The notes under the pieces were generated by a model that saw nothing but the letters and a program-made list of their open reading frames with translations, had not been told where the DNA came from and ran no database searches. This document shows, in pieces, positions 10,587 through 11,582 of a stretch of 11,582 nucleotides of DNA. Each line of letters starts with the position of its first letter. Position 1 is the stretch's first letter. The position numbers were made by a program, and so were the translations under genes. Source of the stretch: Armatimonadota bacterium (GTDB lineage Bacteria; Sysuimicrobiota; Sysuimicrobiia; Sysuimicrobiales; Humicultoraceae); assembly GCA_037443365.1 (NCBI GenBank), contig JBBIOM010000040.1, positions 4,397-15,978 of the forward strand, in the 5' to 3' direction.

Positions 10587-11582
10587 CTACCTCCTGCCCG
10601 CGGGCACAGCGGCGTTGTGGGCCAGGGCTGCGGCTTCCAGCCTGGTGCCGATGTCCCGCCGGTATTGCATCCCATCGAACCGCACTCTGCCGGCGGCATC
10701 GTAGGCGCGTGCACGCGCCTCGCCCAGTGTCCCGCCGTGCCCGACCACGGTCAGGACGCGACCGCCCGCGGTGGTCAGGATTCCATCCCGCATGGTCGTG
10801 CCGCTGTGGAAGACAAGAGCCCCTCCGGCGGCCAGTTCGAAGGCGGCCTGCTCGCGGGGGGTCTGTTCAAGACCGAAGACTGGAACTCCGGCCTCAGAAC
10901 GCTCCGGGTAGCCGCGGGACGCCAGCACAACCCCAACCGCCGCGCCGCTTACATCGAGCAGGATGTCAGGAACCAGGCGGCCTTCCCGCAGCGCGGCGAA
11001 CGCATCCGGCAGACCGGCCTGCAGGAGCGGCAGGATCACCTGCGCCTCTGGATCGCCCAAGCGGCAGTTGAACTCCAACACCTTGGGGCCGTCGCGCGTC
11101 AGCATCAGCCCTGCGAAGAGGATGCCGCGATACGGCCTGCCTTCCGCGCACATCGCCCGCGCGGTGGGATGCACTATCTCGTCCAGGATGCGCGCGCGCA
11201 TCCCTGCATCCAGGGGCACGGGCGCGGCCGCGCCCATTCCTCCTGTGTTGGGGCCGCGGTCGCCATCGAGCGCGCGCTTGTGATCCGCGGCCGCGGGCAG
11301 CAGCGCGACGTCCTCGCCGTCCACCATCGCGAAGACACTGACTTCTTCGCCCTCCAGGCACTCCTCGACGACGACCTGTCTTCCGGCATCGCCGAAGGCG
11401 CGGTCCACCATCATCGCCAGAACAGCGCTCCTCGCCTCTGCCGGGTCGCCGCAGACGACCACGCCCTTGCCCGCGGCCAACCCGTCGGCCTTCACTACCA
11501 CCTGGCCGGCGGTGCGGGCCACGTGCCGGAGCGCCGACGCCGGATCATCGAAGGCGGCATAGGCAGCCGTGGGAATCCCGTG
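10587..11582 (-). CDS. purD: Phosphoribosylamine--glycine ligase (GAR synthetase), 5'-truncated at the right edge
   Basis: Frame is open to the window edge (HGIPTAAYAAFDD...). VVKADGLAAGKGV, VVEECLEGEEVS, DHKRALDGDRGPNTGGMG, VLEFNCRLGDPE, VFHSGT, GGRVL, YRRDIG. The ORF-track start at 11522 is internal. Confidence 0.98.
   Translation of the reverse strand, partial: HGIPTAAYAAFDDPASALRHVARTAGQVVVKADGLAAGKGVVVCGDPAEARSAVLAMMVDRAFGDAGRQVVVEECLEGEEVSVFAMVDGEDVALLPAAADHKRALDGDRGPNTGGMGAAAPVPLDAGMRARILDEIVHPTARAMCAEGRPYRGILFAGLMLTRDGPKVLEFNCRLGDPEAQVILPLLQAGLPDAFAALREGRLVPDILLDVSGAAVGVVLASRGYPERSEAGVPVFGLEQTPREQAAFELAAGGALVFHSGTTMRDGILTTAGGRVLTVVGHGGTLGEARARAYDAAGRVRFDGMQYRRDIGTRLEAAALAHNAAVPAGRR
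10589..10595 (-). promoter_or_regulatory. Shine-Dalgarno site for purA
   Basis: acctcct on + reads AGGAGGT on -, formed by the last codons of purD (AGG AGG TAG), 8 nt upstream of ATG 10580. Confidence 0.85.

Noticed and set aside
11520..11582. purD start at 11522 as given in the ORF track, implying a truncated 311-aa protein or pseudogene
   Set aside because: The frame continues without a stop to the window edge through the conserved GIPTA motif. The truncation is a window artefact.

Overview
Very GC-rich bacterial DNA (about 70% by eye), almost fully coding on the minus strand. It holds one tightly coupled de novo purine biosynthesis operon, read right to left: purD (5'-truncated) - purA - purB - purC - purS - purQ - purL - purF - purM - purN - purH (3'-truncated). 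The purB-C-S-Q-L-F-M-N-H core matches the Bacillus subtilis order, with a split FGAM synthase (PurS/PurQ/small PurL) and a propeptide/Fe-S type PurF. Unlike B. subtilis, purD sits upstream, purA is embedded in the operon, and purE/purK are not in the window. I found no RNA genes, mobile elements, CRISPR arrays or terminators. This is mostly housekeeping DNA and I see no clear new multi-gene system. The best lead is a non-canonical PurA: it keeps the catalytic Asp/His and the GTP/aspartate motifs but has several changed IMP-pocket motifs (EGAQG->EGHLG, GIGP->GIWP, TRVG->TAVG). Smaller leads are an ATIC-like PurH N-terminus, a DPxG->DAPG change in PurS, and short loop insertions in PurN, PurL and PurD. 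All family comparisons are from recalled consensus motifs, not from alignments or searches.
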